Shown here piece after piece: positions 8,660 through 19,990 of a stretch of DNA of 64,000 nt; the first letter of the stretch is position 1; the number at the start of each line of letters is the position of its first letter. Source of the DNA: Candidatus Binatia bacterium (GTDB taxonomy: Bacteria; Desulfobacterota; Binatia; Bin18). The translations under genes and the position numbers were made by a program. Where the stretch lies: positions 1,344,001-1,408,000 of the forward strand of contig OY761159.2 of NCBI GenBank assembly GCA_963664395.2, read 5' to 3'. The notes below the pieces were generated by a model, which was given only the letters and a program-made list of their open reading frames with translations, did no database searches and had not been told where the DNA came from.

Positions 8660-9532
8660 CTAGCCGTGTTTGACCACGACTTCGTCGGCAAAACGCTCCA
8701 TGGCGGTGGTGACATCGCCAGCCCGTAGGGCGTGCATGTTGACCAAGAGACGCTGGACGCCGAGGTCTTCGTACACCGCGAGACTGGCCAGCCCTTCACC
8801 GGAGTAGTTCCAGTACGCGGTGATTTCGAGTTCCTGTCTGTCACGGCCCTGTCGGTCACACTCTTCTGCCAGCGCCTGCATATGTGCCCGGTAGTCGTCC
8901 AGGTCTTTGCCAATCACATACCAGCCGTCGCCATATTTGACCGTGCGCCGGATGGCAGATGCCGTCACACCCCCAATGACCAGCGGCACTCCACCCGCCT
9001 GCACGGGTTTGGGGTGCATGCTAAAGCCCTGCCAGTTGACAAACTCGCCGCGGAAATCGATCTCCTCACCGGTCCAGACTGCCTTGAGCGCTTCGAGATA
9101 TTCGTTGGCCCGTTTTCCCCGTCGCTCGAATGGAACGCCGATAGCGGCAAACTCCTCACGCAGCCAGCCTATGCCCAGGCCGAGCATCAGTCGTCCTTGG
9201 GACAGATGATCAATCGACGCGGCCCATTTGGCCAAATAGAGCGGGCTCATCTGGGGCAGGATGTTGACTCCGGTACCCAGCCGAAGCGTGTTGGTTGCCG
9301 AGGCTATAAAGGTTAATGCAACCAAAGGGTCGATAATCGGTGCGTCAGGTTTGAACGGCAGTTTTCCGTCCGGGTTGTAGGGATACACAGAGTCATAGCG
9401 CTTGGGAATGATCACATGCTCCGCTGTCCAAACGGACTCATACCCGAGCGCTTCCGCTTTTTGGACAAACGGAATCAGCATGTCCGGGTATGTGAATTCA
9501 CGCAGGTTAATCGGGACGATACCGAATTTCAT
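8660..9532 (-). CDS. LLM-class probable F420-dependent oxidoreductase (Rv2161c-like)
   Basis: ESVWTAEHVIIP, DPLVALTFIASAT, GLGIGWLREEF, PKPVQAGGVP. Confidence 0.88.
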   Translation of the reverse strand: MKFGIVPINLREFTYPDMLIPFVQKAEALGYESVWTAEHVIIPKRYDSVYPYNPDGKLPFKPDAPIIDPLVALTFIASATNTLRLGTGVNILPQMSPLYLAKWAASIDHLSQGRLMLGLGIGWLREEFAAIGVPFERRGKRANEYLEALKAVWTGEEIDFRGEFVNWQGFSMHPKPVQAGGVPLVIGGVTASAIRRTVKYGDGWYVIGKDLDDYRAHMQALAEECDRQGRDRQELEITAYWNYSGEGLASLAVYEDLGVQRLLVNMHALRAGDVTTAMERFADEVVVKHG

Positions 9533-9708
9533 ACCTTACTCCTTCCGAGGGAAGAGCCGTCCAGGTGTTTTCAGGAGTCTACGCCCGACCAGGAGGCTCG
9601 AAGGCGGCGGGTAAGACTATAGCCGCCCGATTTCCTCATCATGCCTGCCGTTTGGGTGCTTTTCCTGAAGGGAATCAAGGTCGGCTCAGAGACTATTCGA
9701 CTCGTTGC

Positions 9709-10635
9709 TTACATCATTCCCGTGTTCCCAGCGACAGTCCGGCTGCCGGCACCCTCTTCCATCTGCTGCACGGCAAAGATGGAACGGTAGCCGGCGGACC
9801 AGTCGGGCGGCATGAGGCACGGGCGCGGGTCGAAATCGATCCACTTCGCGGCCTCGCCACGGATAATTTGATTCGAGAGCGGGAACCGGTCTGTCAGGTT
9901 TGTGAGCGTAATGGCATCGGCCGCCGCGTACGTCTGGAGGAGGAGGGGCCGCATGCGCGGCGAGTGATTGGGCATCGACCCGTGGACCATACGGCAGTTA
10001 TGGACGGTCACAGAGCCTCTCGGGCCTTTCAGCCACACGGCATTCTGTGTGCCAACGCGGGCCACATCCCGGCCGTTGAGGGCGCCGGTCCACTCATTGT
10101 TCTCGTTGTACAGATCAAAGAGCGGTCCCTTATGGCTTTCAGGAATCACCCCCATCGGCCCCATCTCCTCGTCCACATCGCTCAGGTAGACGCCAATCGT
10201 GAGGGGTGAATAATTGGTGTGCGGCCAGTACTGAATATCCTGATGCCACTTCACCTCTTCGCCCCCAGCCGACCATTTGAAGTTGAGCTTTGAGTGGTGG
10301 TATTTCACGTTCGGACCGAGCAGGTCTTGGGCGAGGTCGGCCAGCGGTCCTTCAAACGTAAACTCGCGATAGACCGGATGCGTATCGACCGGGCTAAGGA
10401 GACGCCGCAGGCGGGGATTGCTCGGGGTATGACTCGGTTCCACGTCAAAGAGTTTTTTGGACGGGGTTGCTACCCTGCTCTGCTCAATGAACTCGTTGGT
10501 CGTTGCCCAGAGGGTATCCAGCCAGTCATCAGAGATGAATTTCTCCAACAGCAGATATCCCTGATCGAAATAAAACTCACGCTGCTCTTGGGTGAGGACC
10601 TTTGGGCTATGGGCGAGGATCTCTTCCGTTTTCAT
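9709..10635 (-). CDS. Phytanoyl-CoA dioxygenase (PhyH) family Fe(II)/2OG enzyme
   Basis: LTQEQREFYFDQGYL, WHQD (HxD), GVIPESHK, VHGSMPNHS. Confidence 0.9.
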   Translation of the reverse strand: MKTEEILAHSPKVLTQEQREFYFDQGYLLLEKFISDDWLDTLWATTNEFIEQSRVATPSKKLFDVEPSHTPSNPRLRRLLSPVDTHPVYREFTFEGPLADLAQDLLGPNVKYHHSKLNFKWSAGGEEVKWHQDIQYWPHTNYSPLTIGVYLSDVDEEMGPMGVIPESHKGPLFDLYNENNEWTGALNGRDVARVGTQNAVWLKGPRGSVTVHNCRMVHGSMPNHSPRMRPLLLQTYAAADAITLTNLTDRFPLSNQIIRGEAAKWIDFDPRPCLMPPDWSAGYRSIFAVQQMEEGAGSRTVAGNTGMM

Positions 10636-10670
10636 AGTGTCTCCCTCTGTTGTGGACAGGCCGAAGCATA

Positions 10671-11792
10671 TCAATCGCCAAAGCTGGTCCCGACCAGACG
10701 AGCCGATTCAACGAGGGGATGATCCGGGGAGACCAGTTTCTTTTTCCCAGCTATTTCTTCCAAGGGTACGGGGCGGATTTTCTGGTCCTGCACGGCCAGC
10801 ATAAAGCCGTCACGGCCTTCTTGCAGAAACTGCGCACAGCGCGTGCCCAGCCAGGTGGCGAGGACACGGTCTGTGGCTGAGGGTGTCCCACCGCGTTGGA
10901 GATGACCAAGAATGGTCAGGCGCGATTCCTGGCCCGTGAGACGTTCCAGCTCTTCAGTCAGATGAATCGTATGTCCGATGTGGGCTTTATGGAATTTTTC
11001 GAGCTTGCCGGAAGCCTTTTCTTTTTCATCTTTGTCTTTCGCATTCCTTTTTTGGGAGACGAGCGCCTCAACCTTTTCTGCAGCGCTTATGGACATCGCA
11101 CCTTCTGCGACCACAACAATACTAAAATGTTTCCCCTGTCGGGTGCGATCTCGAATCGTTTGTGCAACACGTTCAACCTTATAGGGAATTTCCGGGATAA
11201 GAATGACATCCGCCCCACCAGCCGTCCCGGCCTGGAGGGCGAGCCAGCCCGCCCTATGGCCCATGACCTCGACTACGATAATGCGGTCGTGACTGGTCGC
11301 GGTTGAATGCAGGCGGTCTAGGGCTTCGGTCGCAGTGTCCACAGCAGTGTTGAACCCGAAGGTCACATCGGTCTTGGCAATATCGTTGTCAATTGTTTTC
11401 GGCAGGGTGATGATACTCAAACCGGCCTTTTTGAGACGCAACGCATTTTTCTGCGTGCCGCCTCCGCCCAGACACACCAGCGCATCCAAATGATGCCGGC
11501 GGTAGGTATCAACAATCGCATCCGTCATGTCATGGATTTTGCCACCAATGGACATCCGGTGCGGTTTGTCTCTGCTCGTGCCGAGAATGGTTCCTCCGTC
11601 GGTGAGAATACCCGAGAACGCTTTACTGTCTAACTCCAGTGTCTGGTTCTGAACCAGGCCGCGAAAACCATTTTGAAAACCGATCAGCCGAATATCATAC
11701 GCATCCAGGCAGGCCTTGCCGATTGCGCGAATTGCGGCATTCAGCCCTGGACAATCACCGCCGCTGGTTAAAATTCCTACGTATTGCGCCAT
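10671..11792 (-). CDS. pfkA: 6-phosphofructokinase, probably ATP-dependent
   Basis: [48 protein letters not shown]. Confidence 0.93.
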   Translation of the reverse strand: MAQYVGILTSGGDCPGLNAAIRAIGKACLDAYDIRLIGFQNGFRGLVQNQTLELDSKAFSGILTDGGTILGTSRDKPHRMSIGGKIHDMTDAIVDTYRRHHLDALVCLGGGGTQKNALRLKKAGLSIITLPKTIDNDIAKTDVTFGFNTAVDTATEALDRLHSTATSHDRIIVVEVMGHRAGWLALQAGTAGGADVILIPEIPYKVERVAQTIRDRTRQGKHFSIVVVAEGAMSISAAEKVEALVSQKRNAKDKDEKEKASGKLEKFHKAHIGHTIHLTEELERLTGQESRLTILGHLQRGGTPSATDRVLATWLGTRCAQFLQEGRDGFMLAVQDQKIRPVPLEEIAGKKKLVSPDHPLVESARLVGTSFGD

Positions 11793-11947
11793 GCCTGTGT
11801 GCCTCTATTATGGTCTACGTCTACTCGATATCGAGAGCGAGTCAAAAAATCCAGTCTATACAAGAGAATGCAACGGACGGTAGCCGACCGTGAAGGCGAA
11901 AACAAGTTGGCCGCGGCATACAAACGCATAATGAGGAGGGCAAACGC

Positions 11948-12352
11948 ATGCAAACAGAAGAAACCCGGGCCTTAATCAAAACCTATTACGAAACGCTGCC
12001 GACCGGAGATCGGAAAAAGCTGGCGTCTCTGTTTACCGAAGACATTGTCTGGTATCCACCCCAGAGTGCGCCGATTGGTGTCATTGAAGGTCCAGAGGCG
12101 GTGGCCGCCGAACTGGGCGGCGATACACCCAAAAAAATGTTCGACATGAAGACCTTCCGCCTGACCATCCATCGTATTCTGGCTGATGGAGATACTGCGG
12201 TTGTTCAGCACGCCATCTCTGCCAAGTCCAAAGAAGGCGAGCAGTACGATAACGAATACTGCTGGGTGTATCAGTGTCGCGACGGCAAAATCGCCAAGAT
12301 CGAAGAGTACGCGGATACGCTCAAGGCCGCCCGGATTTTCAAGTGGGTGTGA
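11948..12352 (+). CDS. SnoaL-like / NTF2-family protein
   Basis: LFTEDIVW, ILADGDTAVV, YDNEYCWVYQCRDGKIAKIEEYADT. Confidence 0.88.
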   Translation: MQTEETRALIKTYYETLPTGDRKKLASLFTEDIVWYPPQSAPIGVIEGPEAVAAELGGDTPKKMFDMKTFRLTIHRILADGDTAVVQHAISAKSKEGEQYDNEYCWVYQCRDGKIAKIEEYADTLKAARIFKWV

Positions 12353-12439
12353 GTGAGAAATATGGGGGGCTCAGACTCGTCCGCCCCCCACAACACGGTA
12401 GATACCTCGTCTCACGGAAGCATATCCGCCATTGAGTGT

Positions 12440-13354
12440 TTACTGGGATTGATCGTCGTCCCCTGGTATCTTTTCGGATTGCTCCTCGTATCCTGGGTCA
12501 GGTCCCCCCGCTGGTTCGACGGTTACTTCGATAGTATCAGCCCCATACTTCTCAGCCAGAAATCTTTCCCGGTAGAGGGAATAGGCGGCGTCACAGACTT
12601 TTGTCGTATAGTGCGCGTTATAACCACCGCCTACGACCGCGCCTACGACCGGAACAAATTGAGCCAACTTCGCTTTGGTAAGACGTATGCCCAGCGCCTT
12701 TGATATTTGTTGGATGATCTTCACAAAGGCGTGCCCCTCAAGAGTCTTCCATGTTTTCTTTTTAGCGGCATCCTGAGCAATTCTTACGAGTTGGGCCATT
12801 GCGATTGCTTTTGCTGCATCATTTGGGCTAGACGCTAAGCCCAATATATTCATGGCGAACAGGCGTTCTTGTTGTAAAGAAACGTCAAAGCCGTAATACG
12901 TGGCATATTCGCCAATCGCACGAAGGTTCAGAGTCACGAGGGCCGGGATGTCAACAGCAATTCCAAGGGCACCGGCAACACCCGTAGCCGCACCCTCTCC
13001 AAGCGCCAAACCCTTGTACTTTGCGGCGAGCCAGCCAACCACTTTATCAACATCCTCTAGGTCGAGAGAGAAAATATCGGGACGTTCATGAATATCATGG
13101 CCGGCGGTACGAAATTCCTTGTAAATAGCCTCCGGTCTTACCGACCACTGAGCAAAGTCATTCAAGACATTAAAAATACCTCCAATGGCTTTTTTGATCA
13201 CAGTTCCTAAGAGGGGGGTTTCCATAATGAAATCCCCAGCTTTATCGAGGGGCCGGTTTATTATTTGCATGGCTCGGCCAAACCAACTGGTTTTTTGAGT
13301 TTTCCACGCGTGAATTTGCTCAAGAGCGCTACGTTCGTAGGCTGACATTGGCAT
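12440..13354 (-). CDS. EcsC-family protein
   Basis: GEGAATGVAGALGIAVDIP, IGEYATYYGFD, TKAKLAQFVPVVGAVVGGGYN; visibly more AT-rich than its neighbours. Confidence 0.82.
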   Translation of the reverse strand: MPMSAYERSALEQIHAWKTQKTSWFGRAMQIINRPLDKAGDFIMETPLLGTVIKKAIGGIFNVLNDFAQWSVRPEAIYKEFRTAGHDIHERPDIFSLDLEDVDKVVGWLAAKYKGLALGEGAATGVAGALGIAVDIPALVTLNLRAIGEYATYYGFDVSLQQERLFAMNILGLASSPNDAAKAIAMAQLVRIAQDAAKKKTWKTLEGHAFVKIIQQISKALGIRLTKAKLAQFVPVVGAVVGGGYNAHYTTKVCDAAYSLYRERFLAEKYGADTIEVTVEPAGGPDPGYEEQSEKIPGDDDQSQ

Positions 13355-13583
13355 ATTTATTATCCATCTCCTTTTGAAAGATACTCTATGCACTTCAGGC
13401 GCAGAACGATTTGATGAGCAAAGATATAGCTCTTACGGTGTGCAATTCGACGACTGTCAAGCTGACGGGACAAGAATATATAGCCTGCTCTGAAGAAGGT
13501 GCAAGTAAGGTGTGCCTGATTGTCCCGCCTGCCCAGAACCGTTAAAACGACTCCCTACTACCGACACACGAGGGAAGCAAACA

Positions 13584-14052
13584 ATGAGCGAACGACCGTT
13601 TAGGGTGCTGGGGATTCAACAAATCGCCGTGGGTGGGCTGGATAAGAATCCACTGCGGAAGTTTTGGGTCGATACCCTGGGGCTGACCCTGAGCGGCAAT
13701 TATCGCAGTGAGAACGAGAATGTGGATGAGGATATTGCGGTGATTGGCTCGGGACCTCTCAAGCTGGAAGTGGACTTGATGCAGCCTATCGATCCCGAGA
13801 AACGGCCTAAGGTCCAGGACCCGCAGCTGAACCATATTGGTCTGTGGATCGACGATCTGCACGCAGCCGAAAAATGGCTAGCAGAGCAAGGCGTACGCTT
13901 CACGCCGGGCGGCATTCGGAAAGGCGCGTCCGGCTATGATGTGTGTTTCATCCATCCCAAGGGGAACGTGCGTAGAGTTTCCGCTGTGTGGTGAGGGCGT
14001 ATTGATTGAGTTGGTACAGGCTCCGGCTGAGGTAGTTGCGGCGTTGTCGTGA
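13584..14052 (+). CDS. VOC/glyoxalase family protein (methylmalonyl-CoA epimerase-like), frameshifted near 13967
   Basis: [18 protein letters not shown]...[11 protein letters not shown]...VCFIHPKGN; continues in another frame as [17 protein letters not shown]. Confidence 0.85.
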
Positions 14053-14057
14053 GAGGG

Positions 14058-14113
14058 GAAACCCACCCCGGTCCTTCGACAAGCTCAGGACCTCCCCTCC
14101 AAGGAGGGGATTA
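14058..14113 (+). repeat. Dispersed 56-bp repeat, copy 1 (CCTTCGACAAGCTCAGG core)
   Basis: 51/56 identical to the reverse complement of 63674-63729. Confidence 0.9.
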
Positions 14114-14122
14114 TATACTAAA

Positions 14123-14205
14123 GTGCCCAATTTCCCCCGCACCTAAAGCCAGAGTAGCGTACTGGCTTTCTGTTTCTCAACTTATAGTCGTGGGAAGTTA
14201 GGCAC
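14123..14205. mobile_element. MITE-like element
   Basis: Terminal inverted repeats gtgcccaatttccc / gggaagttaggcac (12/14) enclose the hairpin aaagccag...ctggcttt. Confidence 0.45.
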
Positions 14206-14236
14206 GAACAATCATTCAAAGGAAGGATTTGGACTG

Positions 14237-14704
14237 ATGCCGATAGCGAAGACAGACTGCCCCCATTGCGGTGCCCCCTTCTACCCACAATGGGAAGCCG
14301 CGGACCTCAAAACAGCCAGCCCAGACCGCACCCAAGGCACCCTTGTGGGTCGGACGTGGACGACAACATGCACGTCTTGCGACAAGGTGATAATCGAATT
14401 TGGAGCTGTGGTAGATAATGTACCGGCGGAGGAATGGGATTCCCAGCAGGTTTTCCCCGTTCCACCAGAAACGGTCATCGAGATCATCATCAAAGTATTC
14501 ATCGATTTGGAGAATATCCGCCGCCGTCAGGAAGGCGCACCCAAAATGACAGACGATGAAGAGGATGCCCAGCGAACATCCTTGCGAGGGTTCTTCAAAG
14601 ACGCTTGGGAAACCGTGAAGACCGGAGGCGACGCGGTGCAGGTTATTGGCAAGTACCTCCCATTCTTCCAGACGTTGCTTGCCCAACTACCGCCGCCTTC
14701 CTGA
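14237..14704 (+). CDS. Hypothetical protein with N-terminal Zn-ribbon-like CxxC...CxxC
   Basis: CPHCG and CTSC motifs; AAGGA upstream. Confidence 0.6.
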   Translation: MPIAKTDCPHCGAPFYPQWEAADLKTASPDRTQGTLVGRTWTTTCTSCDKVIIEFGAVVDNVPAEEWDSQQVFPVPPETVIEIIIKVFIDLENIRRRQEGAPKMTDDEEDAQRTSLRGFFKDAWETVKTGGDAVQVIGKYLPFFQTLLAQLPPPS

Positions 14705-14866
14705 AGATTATCCCTCTGAAAAAATGTTCATGTCCCCCTCACACAGCATAATAGAATAGTTGAGAGTAGAGAGACTGGGGTGCTACCCTAGTTTTTGGTG
14801 TCAGGGTTTTTGGGTACTATTGTATGCAATTCCCTCCGAGGAGGGGATTTTCCGGGGAATTAGGAA

Positions 14867-14892
14867 GGGCAACCACGGGGGGTTGCCCCTAC
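14867..14892 (-). repeat. GTAG-type REP-like palindrome
   Basis: Reverse strand reads GTAGGGGCAACCCCCCGTGGTTGCCC. Confidence 0.7.
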
Positions 14893-14920
14893 ACTATGCC
14901 TTCCCCAACTCCCAGATTCT

Positions 14921-15754
14921 TCACTTTCCGGGTACTCGGTACATTCGGATCGGATGGGGCGTGCGGTGGAATTCGGGCAGGTCGCGCCAGGGCCGACCGG
15001 CGGTGATACCGCCATCTACGGCTAGAGCCTGACCGGTCACAAAACTCGAATCATCACTGGCCAGCCATAAGGCGGCTTTGGCGATCTCTTCAGGTTCACC
15101 AACCCGACCGAGCGGATGCAGATGGGCCGCGCCTCTGCGCAGACCAGCAACCTGTTTGTCCGTTGGCGACGGCCGGCCTACGGCGAGGGGCGTCACAATC
15201 GCGCCCGGACAGATGCAGTTCGCTCGAATATTGAACTCGCCGAGTTCCAATGCAACCGACTTGGTCAGATGAATCACCCCCGCCTTTGCCACACTATAGA
15301 GGTGGGTCGCCATGCCGGCTTCAACCCCGGCAGCGCTGGAGGTGCTGATAATACTGCCGGATTGCTGTTTCTTCATGACAGGCGCTGCGTGTTTCATGCC
15401 GAGAAATACGCCTTTGAGCAGCACATCAAAAGTCATATCGTAGTCTTCAACGCTGATACTCTCTATCGGTCCCAGCGCGCCACCAAATCCGGCGTTATTA
15501 TAGATACAGTCTAAGCGTCCCCAGCGTTCGACCGCGGCATCAATGGCCGCTTTGACCTCAGACTCCTGGGTCACGTTCACTTGAACAAAAGCGCCTTGGT
15601 CTCCCAGCTCTTCGGCGACTTCCTGGCCCTTGTCTGCCTGCATATCGGCAACCACAACACGCGCCCCTTCTGCGGCGAACAGGCGAGCTGTTGCTGCGCC
15701 AATACCGCTGGCTCCGCCTGTAATCAAAGCGACTTTTCCGTCCAGCTTGCCCAT
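14921..15754 (-). CDS. SDR-family oxidoreductase
   Basis: TGGASGIG, NNAG, YSVAK, NCICPG, FVTGQALAVDGG. Confidence 0.93.
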   Translation of the reverse strand: MGKLDGKVALITGGASGIGAATARLFAAEGARVVVADMQADKGQEVAEELGDQGAFVQVNVTQESEVKAAIDAAVERWGRLDCIYNNAGFGGALGPIESISVEDYDMTFDVLLKGVFLGMKHAAPVMKKQQSGSIISTSSAAGVEAGMATHLYSVAKAGVIHLTKSVALELGEFNIRANCICPGAIVTPLAVGRPSPTDKQVAGLRRGAAHLHPLGRVGEPEEIAKAALWLASDDSSFVTGQALAVDGGITAGRPWRDLPEFHRTPHPIRMYRVPGK

Positions 15755-15794
15755 CTTCTCCCCCTTATTCTTTGCTCCGCTCTTTGCTCTCTGC

Positions 15795-17210
15795 TCAATG
15801 ACCGGCGTCTGCTTGTGGTCGCTGTTCCGGAGAGAGCGAGAGCACGTAAAAGACCAGGTCCCAAAGGTCATTTGGCTCCAATACCTCTTCGTATGCCGCC
15901 ATAGACGAGCCGTCCATGCCGTTGGCAATACGTCGATAGATATCACCAGGCGTATGGCCACCCCGGAAATTCCATTTGTGGGTTAAATCGCGCGGTTGGA
16001 CAGGATCGCCCTCCGAAGTTTTCAACTCCTGACCCGAGCGCCCATCGCCCCTGCCCTCCACCCCATGACAGCTTGGACAGCCGGAATCCACATACACCGA
16101 CGCGCCGCGGGCAATACGTTTCTGCGTCACTTGGGGTGGAGCGGAAACCGGAGTTGGCGGGGTCCCTGACTCGGGTGCAAACCGCTTTGAGAATTGCTTG
16201 ATGTAAGCGACAACCTCCTGCCGCTCCTGGTCGCTGAGGATAGCCTCAAACGCCGGCATCCCACTCCCGGACAGCCCTTTTGACACGATTCGGAACAGGT
16301 CGGCATCGGTGGGTGGACTCCCGGTGGGTGTGGAACGATAGCGGAATGAGCCATGCACGAAGTCACGCGGTCGTGGAAGCCAATTCAGGGCAAGCGTCCC
16401 CTGCCCGTCACCAGCCACGCCGTGACAGCCACTACACTGGCCGGCGTATATGGCTTTGCCTCGTTCTGGCGTAGCGGGTTGCTCAGCGGCCTCGTCGTGA
16501 GGAACGGCAGGGGATCGATCGTACTCCCGAAAGAATGCGGCAACGGCACAATCAGTCAAAAATGAGGACAAGTCACTCCGCAGTCGGTCTGCCAGATAGA
16601 TCGTCGTTCGATCTTGTCCAAGTGCAATTGAGGCAGACTGTCCGTCTGAGGCAATGCTGAGCAGCCGGGCATTGAGAAGAGGCAACGCCGGGCTTTTGGG
16701 TGCGGTGACGCTTTGAAAAAACTCTTGCCAGGGGCGCAGCGTCTGCGCATCCAGGCCGGACAATCGCTCGGCAAGATCAACGCTGAATATGCCGCCACGA
16801 GAGGAAAAAAATACTGGAAAATCAGTGTCTCGCCAGCGGCGTTCGACGATCATATGTCCAAGGGCCTGTCCGAAAGGGACGACCACATCCTTTTGCCAGG
16901 CAGTGTCTTTGGCCCAGCGGAAGATGATGCCGGGCGGCGCATCTTTTCTCGTTTCCCGGTTCAGTTCTTGGCCCAGTCCAACGAGCTGAAAGGTATAGAT
17001 TTTTTTCGCCTTGGCCCATGCGAGAAACGCCGACCAGCGTGGATTGCCGGGAGTCAAGGTGAAGGTGTCTGACCGGAGAGCCGCGGCCGGATTATAGCTC
17101 GTTCGGATATCGCTACAGGCTGGTGTCTCCGCAGTGGGAGAAGAAAGCAGAGCGGAACAGTGCAAGAGCAATACGAGCGCAACAGAGCACCGACCAACTT
17201 TTCTCAGCAT
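15795..17210 (-). CDS. Exported di-heme c-type cytochrome with an unassigned N-terminal domain
   Basis: Signal-like N-terminus; CSGCH and CPSCH hemes with GSGMPAF and GSSMAAY Met-ligand motifs. Confidence 0.85.
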   Translation of the reverse strand: MLRKVGRCSVALVLLLHCSALLSSPTAETPACSDIRTSYNPAAALRSDTFTLTPGNPRWSAFLAWAKAKKIYTFQLVGLGQELNRETRKDAPPGIIFRWAKDTAWQKDVVVPFGQALGHMIVERRWRDTDFPVFFSSRGGIFSVDLAERLSGLDAQTLRPWQEFFQSVTAPKSPALPLLNARLLSIASDGQSASIALGQDRTTIYLADRLRSDLSSFLTDCAVAAFFREYDRSPAVPHDEAAEQPATPERGKAIYAGQCSGCHGVAGDGQGTLALNWLPRPRDFVHGSFRYRSTPTGSPPTDADLFRIVSKGLSGSGMPAFEAILSDQERQEVVAYIKQFSKRFAPESGTPPTPVSAPPQVTQKRIARGASVYVDSGCPSCHGVEGRGDGRSGQELKTSEGDPVQPRDLTHKWNFRGGHTPGDIYRRIANGMDGSSMAAYEEVLEPNDLWDLVFYVLSLSPEQRPQADAGH

Positions 17211-17239
17211 CGTATTAATTATGCTGCACCGCGGGCAGA

Positions 17240-19012
<1,773 letters not shown>

Positions 19013-19129
19013 ACGATCTCCCTTGTGCTGTTACCTGGCAGGGGACTATTCCGGCCAGGGTTATGATTATGCCCAGAATGCATGCTCGTCTTGTGAGGGG
19101 CGGTAGTATGCCAGAGGGCGTTCGATCGA

Positions 19130-19963
19130 TCAATGCTGAGGGGTAAAGAATGCTTCAAGCTGCCTCACTGCCTGCTGGGGTAGTGCCGCGATCTCTCCGG
19201 CGGCCGTATTTTCCCGGACCCGTTCCAGGCGCGAGGTGGCGGGCAGCAGAATCGCGTCTTCGGATTTTGCCAGGAGGTAGGCGAGCAGCGCCTGCCCCGG
19301 AGTTGTCACCCCATAGGGCTCCAGGAAAGACAGGTCGTGCCGTTGCAGGACACGCAGCAGTTGGGAGCGATTAAAGATGGGGCACAGCGGCGTCATGATT
19401 AAGACACCCATATTACACTGCTGGGCCAAGGGGAGGATGGCATGTTCGGCTTCTCGCTCTCCGACATTGTACGGAATCTGGATCGTATCAAAGATGCCGG
19501 TTTGCATGGCCGCCATCATTTCCGGGAACATGCTGGTTCGATAGTCCGTAATGCCCAGAAACCGAATGCGGCCCGCGGCCTTGTATTCTTCAAGGAGCGG
19601 AGCAACTGTGCGCCAAGCCGCCATATTATGGACCTGCATGAGGTCAATAACTTCGACCTGAAGTTTCTGGAATGATGCTTCGATGCGGCGCTGAGCGGAG
19701 GCGCGATCCGTCGCCAGGACCTTGGTTGCGATAAGCACGGCCTCGCGCCGTCCCCGCAGCGCCCGGCCTAGCACGCTTTCCGCCTCACCATACATGGGCG
19801 CGGTGTCAAACAGATTCACCCCACAAGCCAAGGCTTCGGCCACCAGCCGTCCGACATGCTCGATCGCCCGCTCTCCCTGCACATCGAACGCATTCCACGT
19901 GCCCATGCTCACGGCACTGACGCGCAGGCCGGTTCGACCCAGAGTGCGGTATTGCATCGCCAT
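19130..19963 (-). CDS. Aldo/keto reductase
   Basis: YRTLGRTGLRVS, FDTAPMYGEAE, IATK, IDLMQVH. Confidence 0.92.
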   Translation of the reverse strand: MAMQYRTLGRTGLRVSAVSMGTWNAFDVQGERAIEHVGRLVAEALACGVNLFDTAPMYGEAESVLGRALRGRREAVLIATKVLATDRASAQRRIEASFQKLQVEVIDLMQVHNMAAWRTVAPLLEEYKAAGRIRFLGITDYRTSMFPEMMAAMQTGIFDTIQIPYNVGEREAEHAILPLAQQCNMGVLIMTPLCPIFNRSQLLRVLQRHDLSFLEPYGVTTPGQALLAYLLAKSEDAILLPATSRLERVRENTAAGEIAALPQQAVRQLEAFFTPQH

Positions 19964-19990
19964 CCTCAGTGAAGAGCGCCTGACACCAGT

